Positions 49,039 through 58,560 of a stretch of 64,000 nucleotides of DNA are shown piece by piece. Under the pieces are notes generated by a model that worked only from the letters and a program-made list of their open reading frames with translations, was not told the DNA's origin and did not search any database. Every line of letters begins with the position of its first letter. Positions within the stretch are counted from its first letter, which is position 1. Origin of the DNA: an uncultured delta proteobacterium (GTDB lineage: Bacteria > Myxococcota > Myxococcia > Myxococcales > Myxococcaceae); assembly GCA_963713045.1 (NCBI GenBank), contig CAVQKE010000004.1, forward strand, positions 64,001-128,000, read 5' to 3'. A program made the position numbers and the translations under genes.

Positions 49039-50409
49039 TCAAGGAAGGCAGGGCGCCGGTCCCGGGGGGTCTCCACGGCCTAGCACCTGATTCAGCCGTC
49101 CCTGTGCCACCAGGACGTCGTAGGTCGACTGCGCGTCATCGAGTTGGGATTTGGCGTAGCCGGTGTACGCATCGACAACGCCTTTGGCGTCCCCGACGCC
49201 GACGGCGAAGTTGAGCCCAGCGCTCCGGAACCAGCTTTTTCCGGCGACCAAGGCCCCGCGGGCCGCCTTGCGCTTGGCGATGGCCGCCACCAAATCCGCG
49301 TGGGCCTGTTCCACCTGGAGGTCCACGCCGTGAGCCGCTCCCTCGCGCTGGCGCAACAGCGCACTTAGTTCCGCTTCGCTTTTGTCCTCCCTTGCCTTCA
49401 GCACGTAAAAGGAAAGGTTCTGCCGAAAACCGACGGCGGCGTACACGGTGAGGGCGTTGAAGTAGTCGCTGACGTACGGGTTGGTGACGATGTCTCGGCC
49501 CGGCGCCCGCGAGTAGGCAAACTGGCCGGCGATGAAGAATTGCGGCAGTTGCTCAGCCCAGGTGGCGTGCACCTCAGCCCGCTTGGCCTCAATGGCCTGG
49601 TCCAAGGCACGAATGTCCGGACGGTCCTGCTCGGCTTCGGAGCGCACGGCGATGATGTCCGGAGCCTCGATGTTGCTTGGGTCTGGGAAGGGGTCTTCCT
49701 TGAGTTGAAGGTCGGCCTCCGGAATCACCAGCAGCGTGGCCAGGGCCGCGCGCGCCAGGCCCTGCGCCCGCATGGCATCGGCCTTCTTCTGAAGCAGCTC
49801 GGACTTGAAAAGCTCAAGGCGGTAGCGGTCGTCGGTCGACACCTCCCCATCATTGGCCTTGAGGGACTGCGCCACCTTGGCGTCGATGTCCTTGAGTGCC
49901 GTCTCGATGTCATTGACGATGACCAGAAGTCGGCGCGTCAAGGTTGCTGCCAGGACGAGCTGAAGGGTCTGTTGGCGGACGGCATTGACTCTGTCCTGAA
50001 CGAGGTCCTGCTGAGCTCCCAGGCCGGCGCGTGCGGCATCGCGGGCCGACGAGAGGCGGCCAAAGGTGTAGACGGGCTGGACGACGTTGACTTCGACTCG
50101 GCCAAAAACGCCGAGCTGGGTCAGGCCGCGGTTGCTGCCCGACGCGATGGGACTGATGTCGGTGGACGGCGTGTTGGGGCCGAGCCGTGCACCTGGGACC
50201 AGGCCGCTTAGGAAAAGGAGGGCAAACTCGGGGACGAAGGAGATGGAGGTGGCCACCGCCACGTCGGCCTGGGCGGTCAGCACTTGCGCCTTCTGGATGG
50301 CCACCTCGTCGCACCGCGCGATAACCAACGCCTGAGCGGTCGCCAAGTCGAGCGGGCCGCATCGAGGGCCATCCGCGGCCAGCAGCGAAGCGAGCAGAAG
50401 GACGAGCAC
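49039..50409 (-). CDS. TolC-family outer-membrane efflux protein
   Basis: Signal peptide; QPVYTFGRL, RPDI, LPQFF two-repeat OEP pattern. Confidence 0.85.
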   Translation of the reverse strand: MLVLLLASLLAADGPRCGPLDLATAQALVIARCDEVAIQKAQVLTAQADVAVATSISFVPEFALLFLSGLVPGARLGPNTPSTDISPIASGSNRGLTQLGVFGRVEVNVVQPVYTFGRLSSARDAARAGLGAQQDLVQDRVNAVRQQTLQLVLAATLTRRLLVIVNDIETALKDIDAKVAQSLKANDGEVSTDDRYRLELFKSELLQKKADAMRAQGLARAALATLLVIPEADLQLKEDPFPDPSNIEAPDIIAVRSEAEQDRPDIRALDQAIEAKRAEVHATWAEQLPQFFIAGQFAYSRAPGRDIVTNPYVSDYFNALTVYAAVGFRQNLSFYVLKAREDKSEAELSALLRQREGAAHGVDLQVEQAHADLVAAIAKRKAARGALVAGKSWFRSAGLNFAVGVGDAKGVVDAYTGYAKSQLDDAQSTYDVLVAQGRLNQVLGRGDPPGPAPCLP

Positions 50410-50574
50410 AGGTGCGTGCGTGCTTAGCGGCCGCGGATAGACGGATCAAGGCCCGACAGGACGTGGGAAAGCCCGCGACGGCGGAGCGCCCTGTGGTCTG
50501 GAAGGCGAAGCAGCCTGGCCGTCCGTGCTGCCGGGGCCAAGGTGAAGCGTGAGGGCGGCGGGTGAGCCGTCCTC

Positions 50575-50760
50575 CTAGTCTCCGGAGGCGCCGTTCTTCC
50601 CGGGTGGGGCCTCCGACTCATAGTAGATGCTGGCGGCCTCGCCCTCTCCGTAGACGACAAGCACTGGGCCGGACGCCTGCAGGGCGCGGGCCTTCCGCTT
50701 GAGAGCGGCGAGCAAATCCGAGGCCTGAGCGGCCTTGGCCTTGATGGTGCGAAGGGACAT
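50575..50760 (-). CDS. Small hypothetical protein
   Basis: 61-aa ORF, preceded by GGAG, in an otherwise empty intergenic space. Confidence 0.4.
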   Translation of the reverse strand: MSLRTIKAKAAQASDLLAALKRKARALQASGPVLVVYGEGEAASIYYESEAPPGKNGASGD

Positions 50761-50990
50761 GTCCGGAAACGCTCCTGGACGCGGGGGGGTGGCGCCTTCG
50801 GGCGCCCGCGCGCTGCGTCGTGGGGTTTTGTCCGACCACGGCGAGCGGGGTGTTTACTCCCCGGCACCCACGTTGACAACGTGCGACGTAGCCTGCGAGG
50901 AGGAGCTGGCGGCCATGTCCCTGAACATCCTGGGAATTCCAGTCGGACGAGGTCCCCGGGGGGGACGGAAATGAAGCTTGGGGAACGCAC

Positions 50991-52262
50991 GTGGCCTTGA
51001 CTGTCGAGGCGTACGGCAGCACCGATGTCGGCAGGAAGCGCCAGCACAACGAGGATGCGCTGCTGGTCGACTCCGAGCTCGGCCTCTTTCTGGTGGCGGA
51101 TGGAATGGGCGGCCATGCCGCGGGGGAAGTCGCCTCGGCGCGTGCCGTGGAAGTCGTGAAGCACCAGCTGGCCGGAGGCCGTCAAGCACTGGAAGACCTC
51201 TCTCGGGCAGCGACGCCGGAGGCGCGTGCGGCGGCGGCGGCACTGGTCGAGACCGCCGTTCAGCGCGCCTGCGCCGAAGTCTACAAGCTGGCCGGCGCGG
51301 ACCCGAGCAAACGAGGCATGGGCACCACCTTGGTGTGCTTGGTGGTCGCCGGGAACAAGGCCGTCATCGGCCACGTCGGGGATAGCCGCGTCTACCTGTT
51401 GCGAAGTGGCCAGTGCCACCGGCTGACTGAGGACCACACACTCGTCGCGGCGCAGGTGAAAGCCGGGACGCTGACCCGAGAGCAGGCCCATGCCTCCCAA
51501 TTCCGCAATGTCATCACCCGCGCGGTGGGCATCCAGGAATCCGTTCAGGTGGACACGTTGATGGTGGACCTACTTCCAAGGGACACCTTCCTTTTGTGCA
51601 CCGATGGGCTGCACGGCTATTTGCCGGATGAGGAGATTGCGCCGCTGCTCGGCAATGGACCGACCAAGGACTTGCCGGCCAAACTCATCGCTCTGGCCAA
51701 TGAGCGCGGAGGCCGAGACAACATCACCGCTGTGGTGGCGCGCTTCTCGGACGCTGGGGAGGCGAGCGACGAGCTTCAGGAAACCGAATCCAGGATGGAG
51801 GCGCTGCGTCGGATTCCCCTCTTTCGTCACCTCACCTACAAGGAGCAAACCGCCGTCCTCTCGGTCGCGAGCTCGCGCAGCTTTGAGCCGGACGAGGAGA
51901 TTGTGGTCGAGGGCCGCTCGGGAGATGAGCTCTTCGTCGTGGTGAAGGGTCGGGTCGCGGTGGAAAAGGATGGCATTGAAATCGCCGAGCTCGTCATCGG
52001 CGGCCACTTCGGGGAGATGGGACTCATCGAAAACGCGCCGCGGAGTGCGACGGTGCGCGCGCTCGAGCCCACCCGGGTGGTGGTCATTGGCCGCGCCGAC
52101 TTAATGGTGCTGATGAAGCGCGAGTCGGTGCTGGCGGTGAAGCTCCTGTGGAGCTTCGTGCAGGTGCTCTCGGACCGGCTGCGCGCCACCAACGCTGAGT
52201 TGTCCGAGGTGCGTCACGAGTTGGCGCTGGCGCAATCCGTCCAGCCTTTCGCCGAAGACTAG
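50991..52262 (+). CDS. PP2C Ser/Thr phosphatase with C-terminal cNMP-binding domain
   Basis: TDVGRKR.HNED, VADGMGG, GDSR, CTDG, DNIT; FGEMGLI..PRSATV. Confidence 0.93.
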   Translation: MALTVEAYGSTDVGRKRQHNEDALLVDSELGLFLVADGMGGHAAGEVASARAVEVVKHQLAGGRQALEDLSRAATPEARAAAAALVETAVQRACAEVYKLAGADPSKRGMGTTLVCLVVAGNKAVIGHVGDSRVYLLRSGQCHRLTEDHTLVAAQVKAGTLTREQAHASQFRNVITRAVGIQESVQVDTLMVDLLPRDTFLLCTDGLHGYLPDEEIAPLLGNGPTKDLPAKLIALANERGGRDNITAVVARFSDAGEASDELQETESRMEALRRIPLFRHLTYKEQTAVLSVASSRSFEPDEEIVVEGRSGDELFVVVKGRVAVEKDGIEIAELVIGGHFGEMGLIENAPRSATVRALEPTRVVVIGRADLMVLMKRESVLAVKLLWSFVQVLSDRLRATNAELSEVRHELALAQSVQPFAED

Positions 52263-52268
52263 CCGCAG

Positions 52269-54233
52269 ATGCCCGCGCGCCGAGGACCCAAGCGGGCGGT
52301 GTGGCGACGCCACCGGGTCTGGCCGTGGGCCCTTGCCGCCGCCGCGCTGGTGGTGCTGGTCGGGGTCCTCCTGCTCGCGAGACTGGTGCCGGGACAACTG
52401 CCATCCACGGCGCAAGGGCCACCGCTTCAACGGGCCGAGTCGCCGTCCGCAGAAGTCGGTGTGTCCACGGCGCGGGGCGCGGACGGTGGTGCCGCGGGGA
52501 GTGTGGACAGTCTGCTGACCGTTGCCGTGTTGAACGGCCACGGCGCGCCGGCAGTCGACTGCGAGGTGCAGCTGCGCGTTCCCGGACAGAGGAGGGAGGA
52601 GTGGCTGGAAGCAGGGGCCGCCAGCTGCGAGGCGGTGGAGCTGGCCGCCGTCCCCGTTGGCGACTACCTCGTTTCCGTAGAGGCTCCGGGCCTCCGACGG
52701 ACCGAGCGCCCGGTGCACCTCAACCCAGGGCCGGCAACACTCAAATTCCTGCTTCCGGATGGCGTCGCAGTCTCTGGCCGGGTGGCGGACGCCTCCGGCC
52801 GGCCCGTCCCCGGCGTGTCGGTGGAAGTCTCTCCGACCGGCGGCGTGTCGCGAACGGACGAGGCAGGCGCCTTTCGCATCTCGGTGCCGGGCCCCGGCCT
52901 CTATCACCTGGAAGCGCACCATTCGGACTGGGGAGGCGCGGTGCAGGCCGTCACCGCTCCCGCCTCGGACGTCGTGCTGCAGCTCCAACCGCATTCGGTG
53001 CTGGCGCTCACCGTGCGGGCCGGCGGCCAGCCGGTGGCCGGCGCGCAGGCGCTCCTCTGGCAGAGTGGAAACTCTGGGACGCGCCGGGAATACGCCGCCG
53101 ACCGCACCACGGATGCCGAGGGCGAGGTGCGACTGCAGGGTCTCCCGCCCGGAAGCTACACCCTCGGCGTCCTCCCACCGGGCGCGCTCCGCCCGTCGCG
53201 TCAGGAGGTGGTGCTGCAGGAGGGCGTGACAACCGTGGTAACGCTGGCGCTGCCGGCTTCAGCGCCGGGCAGCATCGAAGGGCAGGTGGTGGACGAAGTC
53301 GGCCGACCGGTTGCGGGGGCGCTGGTGCGGGCGCAGCCCTTGGACGTCCCACCGGCGCGCAGTGACGCGGGGGGGCACTTTCGGCTGGTCGGCGTGCCGG
53401 AGGGCGTCGACTACCAGTTGGTGGCCATCGCCGACGGTGCAATGTCCGCGGCGCGCAACGGTCGTGCGGGCGAGGCGGGGCTTCGCCTCTCTGTGCCGCG
53501 GGCGAGGCTCTACCATGGGCGCGTCCTCGACGAGGCCCACCGCCCGGTGTCGGCCTTCCGCATCGCCGGAGTGCAGGTAGAGGCGCCCGACGGCCGCTTC
53601 TCGGTTTCCGTGCGGCCCCCTCACAACACCGTCTCTCTGGCCGTCGAGGCCCCCCAGCTGGCGATGGCCACGGTGGTCCGTCCAGCGGCGGATGAGGAGG
53701 TGGGAGACATTGTCCTGCATGTAGCCCCACTGGTGCACGGCATCGTCCGTCAGACGGACAGAACGAGCGCCGCGGGCGCCTTCGTCGTCTGCGAGGGGTG
53801 CCGCGGTGAGGCGGCCGGCGAGCGCCACCTCACCGCATTCGCCGACGCGGAAGGCCGCTTCCGCCTGGCGATTACCGGCCCCTACGGAGTCCTGGTGCGG
53901 CTGGTGGCGATGAAGGACGACCGCCTGGGGTGGGCCGAGGCGGGACGCGTGGGCGAGGAGGCCGTCCTGACGCTTGCCCCGCCTTCCACTGTCCGGGGCC
54001 GCGTGCTTCGGCCCAATGGGCAAGCCGCTGGCGGCGTGGCGGTGGTGCTGTCCGAGCCTCTGTTGGAGCCGACGCTTCTCGTCAGCGGGGCGGATGGCCG
54101 CTTTTCCGGGGAGGTGCGACCTGGCCTCTACCAGGTGACGCTGGTGCCGGACACTTCCCAGCCGCAGCGCACCTGGACGGTGCAAGTTCCACTGGACGGC
54201 TCGCTGGACCTGCTCAGCGGGGACGCTCGCTAG
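52269..54233 (+). CDS. Membrane-anchored protein with repeated carboxypeptidase-regulatory-like domains
   Basis: N-terminal TM; repeated G.V.D..GRPV.G and TDA.G.F motifs. Confidence 0.8.
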   Translation: MPARRGPKRAVWRRHRVWPWALAAAALVVLVGVLLLARLVPGQLPSTAQGPPLQRAESPSAEVGVSTARGADGGAAGSVDSLLTVAVLNGHGAPAVDCEVQLRVPGQRREEWLEAGAASCEAVELAAVPVGDYLVSVEAPGLRRTERPVHLNPGPATLKFLLPDGVAVSGRVADASGRPVPGVSVEVSPTGGVSRTDEAGAFRISVPGPGLYHLEAHHSDWGGAVQAVTAPASDVVLQLQPHSVLALTVRAGGQPVAGAQALLWQSGNSGTRREYAADRTTDAEGEVRLQGLPPGSYTLGVLPPGALRPSRQEVVLQEGVTTVVTLALPASAPGSIEGQVVDEVGRPVAGALVRAQPLDVPPARSDAGGHFRLVGVPEGVDYQLVAIADGAMSAARNGRAGEAGLRLSVPRARLYHGRVLDEAHRPVSAFRIAGVQVEAPDGRFSVSVRPPHNTVSLAVEAPQLAMATVVRPAADEEVGDIVLHVAPLVHGIVRQTDRTSAAGAFVVCEGCRGEAAGERHLTAFADAEGRFRLAITGPYGVLVRLVAMKDDRLGWAEAGRVGEEAVLTLAPPSTVRGRVLRPNGQAAGGVAVVLSEPLLEPTLLVSGADGRFSGEVRPGLYQVTLVPDTSQPQRTWTVQVPLDGSLDLLSGDAR

Positions 54234-54291
54234 GCGACGGCAATGGCGCGAAGTTGCGGAGTGGGCGGCCCGGCGGTACAGCGAAGGGCGA

Positions 54292-55533
54292 ATGGACCGG
54301 AGCGCGCTCGACAGCCGCCGCATTGCCGTGGCCGTGGCTGGCGGGATTGCGGCCTACAAGGCCTGTGAGTTGGTGCGCGCGCTGCGCCGCGCTTCGGCGG
54401 AGGTGCGGGTGGTGATGACGCCAGCCGCGCAGGCCTTCATCACGCCCCTCACTCTGCAGTCTCTCTCTGGCCACCCGGTGTTGACGGAGCCCTTTGACGC
54501 GGCCAGCGACGCTGGCTTCGGCCACCTGGCGCTGGCGCGCTGGGCGGAACTCTTCGTGGTGGCCCCCGCCACGGCGGACCTCCTGGCCCGGCTGCGCGCG
54601 GGCATGGCCAATGACGCCGTGACGGCAGCGCTGTTGGCCTTCCCGGGCCCGGTGCTCCTCGCACCGGCGATGAACGTGGCCATGTGGAACAATGTCGTCA
54701 CCCAAGCCAACGTTGCGGCGCTCACAGCCGAGCCGCGCTACCGCCTGGTGGGGCCTGCCGTGGGGCCCTTGGCCGACGGGGACAGTGGGCCTGGGCGGTT
54801 GGCGGAGGTGGAGGAGGTGGTGGAGGCTTGCGCGCAACTTTTGTCGCAGGGGCCCCTCTCCGGACGGACGGTGCTGGTGACGGCTGGCCCGACGCGCGAA
54901 TTTTTGGACCCCGTGCGCTTTGTCTCCAATCCCTCGACAGGGAAGATGGGCTTGGCCGTCGCGCAGGCTGCGCGGCGACGCGGCGCGCGCGTCACTGTGG
55001 TGCTCGGCCCGGGCGGCGAGCTGGACCGCGCCGGCCTGGAGGTGAAGAACGTCGTCACCGCGGAGGAGATGCGGGACGCCGTTCTGGCCCGGGTGGCCTC
55101 GGTAGACTACTTCGTCGCCGCCGCCGCAGTCAGCGACTGGCGGCCAGCGGAGCGCGCACCCCAGAAGCGCAAAAAGGCGACTTCTCCGCGGGCCGAGTCG
55201 CTGTTGCTGGAGCGGACGCCCGACGTGCTGGCGGAGGCGGCGGAAGCCGTCCGGGGACTCGCTCGGCGCCCAGTGCTGGTGGGCTTCGCGGCGGAGACAG
55301 AGCGACTGGTGGAGAATGCGAGCGCCAAGCTTCTGCGAAAAGGGCTGGATGCCATTGTGGCCAATGACGTCAGCCAGCCGGGCGGGGGCTTTGGGTCGGA
55401 CAGCAACCAGGTGACGGTGCTGACCCGTGGCGGGGAGCGGGTTGAGCTGTCCGGGACAAAGCAGGAAGTCGCCGAGCGCCTGTGGGACTTCCTCCTCGGC
55501 TCGCTGGCCCAGCCGGCGCGGGCCCAGCGCTGA
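54292..55533 (+). CDS. coaBC: Bifunctional PPC decarboxylase/synthetase CoaBC
   Basis: GGIAAYKA, PAMN, TAGPTRE.LDPVRF.SN.STGKMG, AAVSD, GFAAET, IVAND. Confidence 0.96.
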   Translation: MDRSALDSRRIAVAVAGGIAAYKACELVRALRRASAEVRVVMTPAAQAFITPLTLQSLSGHPVLTEPFDAASDAGFGHLALARWAELFVVAPATADLLARLRAGMANDAVTAALLAFPGPVLLAPAMNVAMWNNVVTQANVAALTAEPRYRLVGPAVGPLADGDSGPGRLAEVEEVVEACAQLLSQGPLSGRTVLVTAGPTREFLDPVRFVSNPSTGKMGLAVAQAARRRGARVTVVLGPGGELDRAGLEVKNVVTAEEMRDAVLARVASVDYFVAAAAVSDWRPAERAPQKRKKATSPRAESLLLERTPDVLAEAAEAVRGLARRPVLVGFAAETERLVENASAKLLRKGLDAIVANDVSQPGGGFGSDSNQVTVLTRGGERVELSGTKQEVAERLWDFLLGSLAQPARAQR

Positions 55534-55630
55534 GCGGCCAGTGCCCACGCCGACCGCCGTCTAGGCACGTCGGAGCGTCATGGCACATTTCCCCCTCGCC
55601 CCTGGGCCTTTTGGGGCGGAGAGGGGTTTC

Positions 55631-56380
55631 GTGGACTTCGAGGCGGGTAGCTCGGTGGCTGGCCTGCTGCGCGACTTGCGAGCCCACCTCGCGTGGCAGC
55701 GTGAGGACAACGGCGCCGAACTGATGGGGCTGATGGGTCAGCCCCTGCCACTTCTCGCCACGCCGAGGGGAGCCGGAGAGCCGCAGGCTGTCGCTGCGCC
55801 TCCCGCCGTGCCGGAGCGACGGTCGCTGGAGGAAATTCGAGAGGAACTGGGAGACTGCCGTCGCTGCAAGCTGTGCTCCGGCCGGAAGAAACTCGTCTTC
55901 GGCGTGGGAAGCCCCCGCGCTCGGCTGGTGTTTGTGGGCGAGGGTCCGGGTGCAGAGGAGGACGCACAAGGGCTGCCCTTCGTCGGTCCGGCGGGGCAGC
56001 TGCTCACCAAGATGATTGCAGCCATGGGGCTGAAGCGCGAGGACGTCTACATTTGCAACGTCGTCAAGTGCCGTCCACCAGGCAACCGCAACCCGGAGCC
56101 GGATGAGATTTCCGCTTGCGAGCCCTTTCTCCGTGCGCAGCTGCGCAGCATTGGCCCCGAGGTGGTGGTGGCACTCGGGAAATTCGCGGCGCAGACGCTG
56201 CTCCGCGACAACACCCCCATCACCCGCCTGCGCGGGCAATGGCGCACGTACGAAGGCATGCGGCTGATGCCGACCTTCCACCCGGCCTACCTGTTGCGCA
56301 ATCCTCCCGAGAAGAAGCCCTGCTGGGAGGACCTCAAGGCCGTCATGGCGGTGCTGGGACAGGCCGCTCCGCCACCGTGA
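55631..56380 (+). CDS. Uracil-DNA glycosylase, family 4
   Basis: CRRCKLC, VGEGPG..ED..G.PFVG.AG, KCRPP, HPAYLLR; start could be 55580. Confidence 0.93.
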   Translation: MDFEAGSSVAGLLRDLRAHLAWQREDNGAELMGLMGQPLPLLATPRGAGEPQAVAAPPAVPERRSLEEIREELGDCRRCKLCSGRKKLVFGVGSPRARLVFVGEGPGAEEDAQGLPFVGPAGQLLTKMIAAMGLKREDVYICNVVKCRPPGNRNPEPDEISACEPFLRAQLRSIGPEVVVALGKFAAQTLLRDNTPITRLRGQWRTYEGMRLMPTFHPAYLLRNPPEKKPCWEDLKAVMAVLGQAAPPP

Positions 56381-57381
56381 AGGGCGAGGTCCAGCTGCAC
56401 CGGCTGGACTGTCCGGCGCTGCGGGGAAACCCCTTGGGCGACCCCGAGGAGCGCGACTGCGTCGTCTACCTTCCTCCCCAGTATCTCGGCTCCTCGGAGC
56501 GCTACCCGGTGGTGGTCTTTCTCCATGCCTTCCTCGGCTCGGCGGCCGGCTGGCTCAACGTCTCGCCCTTTTCCCCCACCGTCCCGGAGCGTCTGGACGC
56601 GCTGGTGGTGGGCGGCTTGCCGCCCTGCATCGCTGTTTTTCCCGACGGCTGGTGCGGTTTCGGGGGAAGCCAGTGGGCCAACAGCCCGGCCACTGGACAG
56701 TACCGGGACGCGGTGGTTCGCGACGTCCTCGGGTGGGTGGAGGCGACGTTCCGCACCGTCCGGCGTGCGGAGGCGCGCGCGGTGGTCGGCAGAAGCTCCG
56801 GCGGCTACGGCGGCTGGCAGTTCGTCCGGCACCACCCGGACGTCTTTGGGCACCTCGCGGCACATTCCGGCGACGCGTACTTCGACTATTGCTTTCTGCC
56901 CGACTTCCCCAAGGCGGCGGCTGCCCTTCTGAAGGGAGGCGGCGTCGGCGCCTGGTGGAACGGCTTCCTGCAACGGGCCAGGGAAACCAAGATGGCGGGG
57001 GAGGACCATGCGGTGGTGAATGTGCTGGCCATGGCAGCCGCCTTCTCGCCCAAGGCCGGCTCGCCCCTGGGGCTGGAGCTGCCCTTCGAGGTGGAGACGG
57101 GCGCCATTCGCCCTGCGGCATGGCAACGTTGGCTGGCAGAGGACCCGGTGCGCTTCGTGGCGCAGCAAAGCGCCCCCTTTGTTGGGCTGAAAAGCGTCTT
57201 CATCGACTGCGGCACCCGCGATGAATTTGGCCTGCGCTGGGGCGCCCGCATGTTGGCCCGAACGCTCACCGCCGCCGGAGCGGTGGTGAAGCACGAGGAG
57301 TACGAAGACGGGCACATGGGCACCTCCTACCGCTTTGAGGCTTCGCTGCGCTGGCTGCTTCCGCGTCTGGCGCGCAGCTGA
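56377..57381 (+). CDS. Alpha/beta-hydrolase esterase (enterochelin-esterase-like)
   Basis: VYLPP, GRSSGG nucleophile elbow, DCGTRDEF, DGH. Confidence 0.85.
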   Translation: MKGEVQLHRLDCPALRGNPLGDPEERDCVVYLPPQYLGSSERYPVVVFLHAFLGSAAGWLNVSPFSPTVPERLDALVVGGLPPCIAVFPDGWCGFGGSQWANSPATGQYRDAVVRDVLGWVEATFRTVRRAEARAVVGRSSGGYGGWQFVRHHPDVFGHLAAHSGDAYFDYCFLPDFPKAAAALLKGGGVGAWWNGFLQRARETKMAGEDHAVVNVLAMAAAFSPKAGSPLGLELPFEVETGAIRPAAWQRWLAEDPVRFVAQQSAPFVGLKSVFIDCGTRDEFGLRWGARMLARTLTAAGAVVKHEEYEDGHMGTSYRFEASLRWLLPRLARS

Positions 57382-57438
57382 GGCGGGGGGCCGAGTGGCG
57401 CCGCCGCGCGAAGCCGTGCTAGCGCCAGCACATTTCTC

Positions 57439-58473
57439 ATGGCCGTCAGCGACCCCTACGGACTTGGACGCGTGCTGGGAGAGAGGGGAGTCCTCCCCCA
57501 GCAGGCGCAAAGGCTCGACGCTTCCTTGCCGCTGCGGCCCTCTGAGCTTCTCATCGAAGTGGAGTCGCTCAACATCGATGCGGCGTCCTTCCGCCAGCTG
57601 AAGGACGCTGCCGGAGGGGACGCGGAGCGCGTCGGCCAGGCCATCCAGGAAATTGTCCGTAGCCGTGGGAAAATGCAGAACCCGGTGACGGGGTCTGGCG
57701 GGATGCTCATCGGCCGGGTAGGGGAGGTGGGGCCAGAGCACCCGGCCGCAGGACAGCTCGCGCCGGGCGACCGGCTCGCGACGCTGGTCAGCCTGTCGTT
57801 GACGCCCTTGCATTTGGAGAAGGTGAAGGCGGTGCATCTCGGCATCGACCGGGTTGACGTTCTCGGTCATGCGATTCTCTTCGCAAGCGGCCTCTTTGCG
57901 CGTCTCCCGGAGGACTTGCCCGACACACTGGCACTTGCCGCGCTCGACGTCTGCGGCGCGCCAGCGCTCGTCGAGCGGTATGTCCGTCCAGGGATGCGGG
58001 TGGCGGTGCTGGGGGCCGGAAAGAGTGGCGCCCTGTGCCTGGCGCAGGCCCGTCGCTCGATGGCGGGAAGCGGACAGCTGCTCGCGCTGGATATTTCCGC
58101 GGATGCTCTGGACACGCTGCGAGGCCTCGCCCTGTGCGACGTGGCACTGCGCGTGGATGCGACACAGGCCATCGGCGTGCTGGCGGCAGTTGAGCAGGCC
58201 ACCGACGGGAGGCTGTGCGACCTCGTCGTCAACTGTGCTTCGGTTCCCAACACCGAAATGGCCACCATCCTCTCCGTCCGTGAGGGAGGGACGGCACTCT
58301 TCTTCTCCATGGCCACCTCCTTCACCGCTGCGGCTTTGGGCGCGGAGGGGGTGGGCAAAGACGTGACGTTGGTGATGGGGAACGGCTACGTACCCGGCCA
58401 CGCGCGCCTGACGCTGGAGTTGCTGCGCAGCGATGAACGGTTACGGCAGCTCTTCGCTGCGCGTTACGTCTAG
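57439..58473 (+). CDS. kdd: L-erythro-3,5-diaminohexanoate dehydrogenase
   Basis: LNIDAASF, RGKMQNPVTGSGG, ATLVSLSLTPL, AALGAEG. Confidence 0.93.
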   Translation: MAVSDPYGLGRVLGERGVLPQQAQRLDASLPLRPSELLIEVESLNIDAASFRQLKDAAGGDAERVGQAIQEIVRSRGKMQNPVTGSGGMLIGRVGEVGPEHPAAGQLAPGDRLATLVSLSLTPLHLEKVKAVHLGIDRVDVLGHAILFASGLFARLPEDLPDTLALAALDVCGAPALVERYVRPGMRVAVLGAGKSGALCLAQARRSMAGSGQLLALDISADALDTLRGLALCDVALRVDATQAIGVLAAVEQATDGRLCDLVVNCASVPNTEMATILSVREGGTALFFSMATSFTAAALGAEGVGKDVTLVMGNGYVPGHARLTLELLRSDERLRQLFAARYV

Positions 58474-58560
58474 CGGCCGCGCTCACAGGCGGCTGACGCA
58501 TCGCGTTCCCAAGGGGCTAGCGTGCGCTGCTCGGCCCGTGGTAGCCGCAAGGCAGCAGCC

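Noticed and set aside
54760..54800. CoaBC lacks the Cys of the ACGD motif (LADGD)
   Set aside because: Cys-less variants are widespread among bacterial CoaBC proteins
56287..58401. Long antisense ORFs (704 aa here; also 3834-5525, 6284-7837, 58483-59856)
   Set aside because: Shadow ORFs of GC-rich genes with no recognisable motifs
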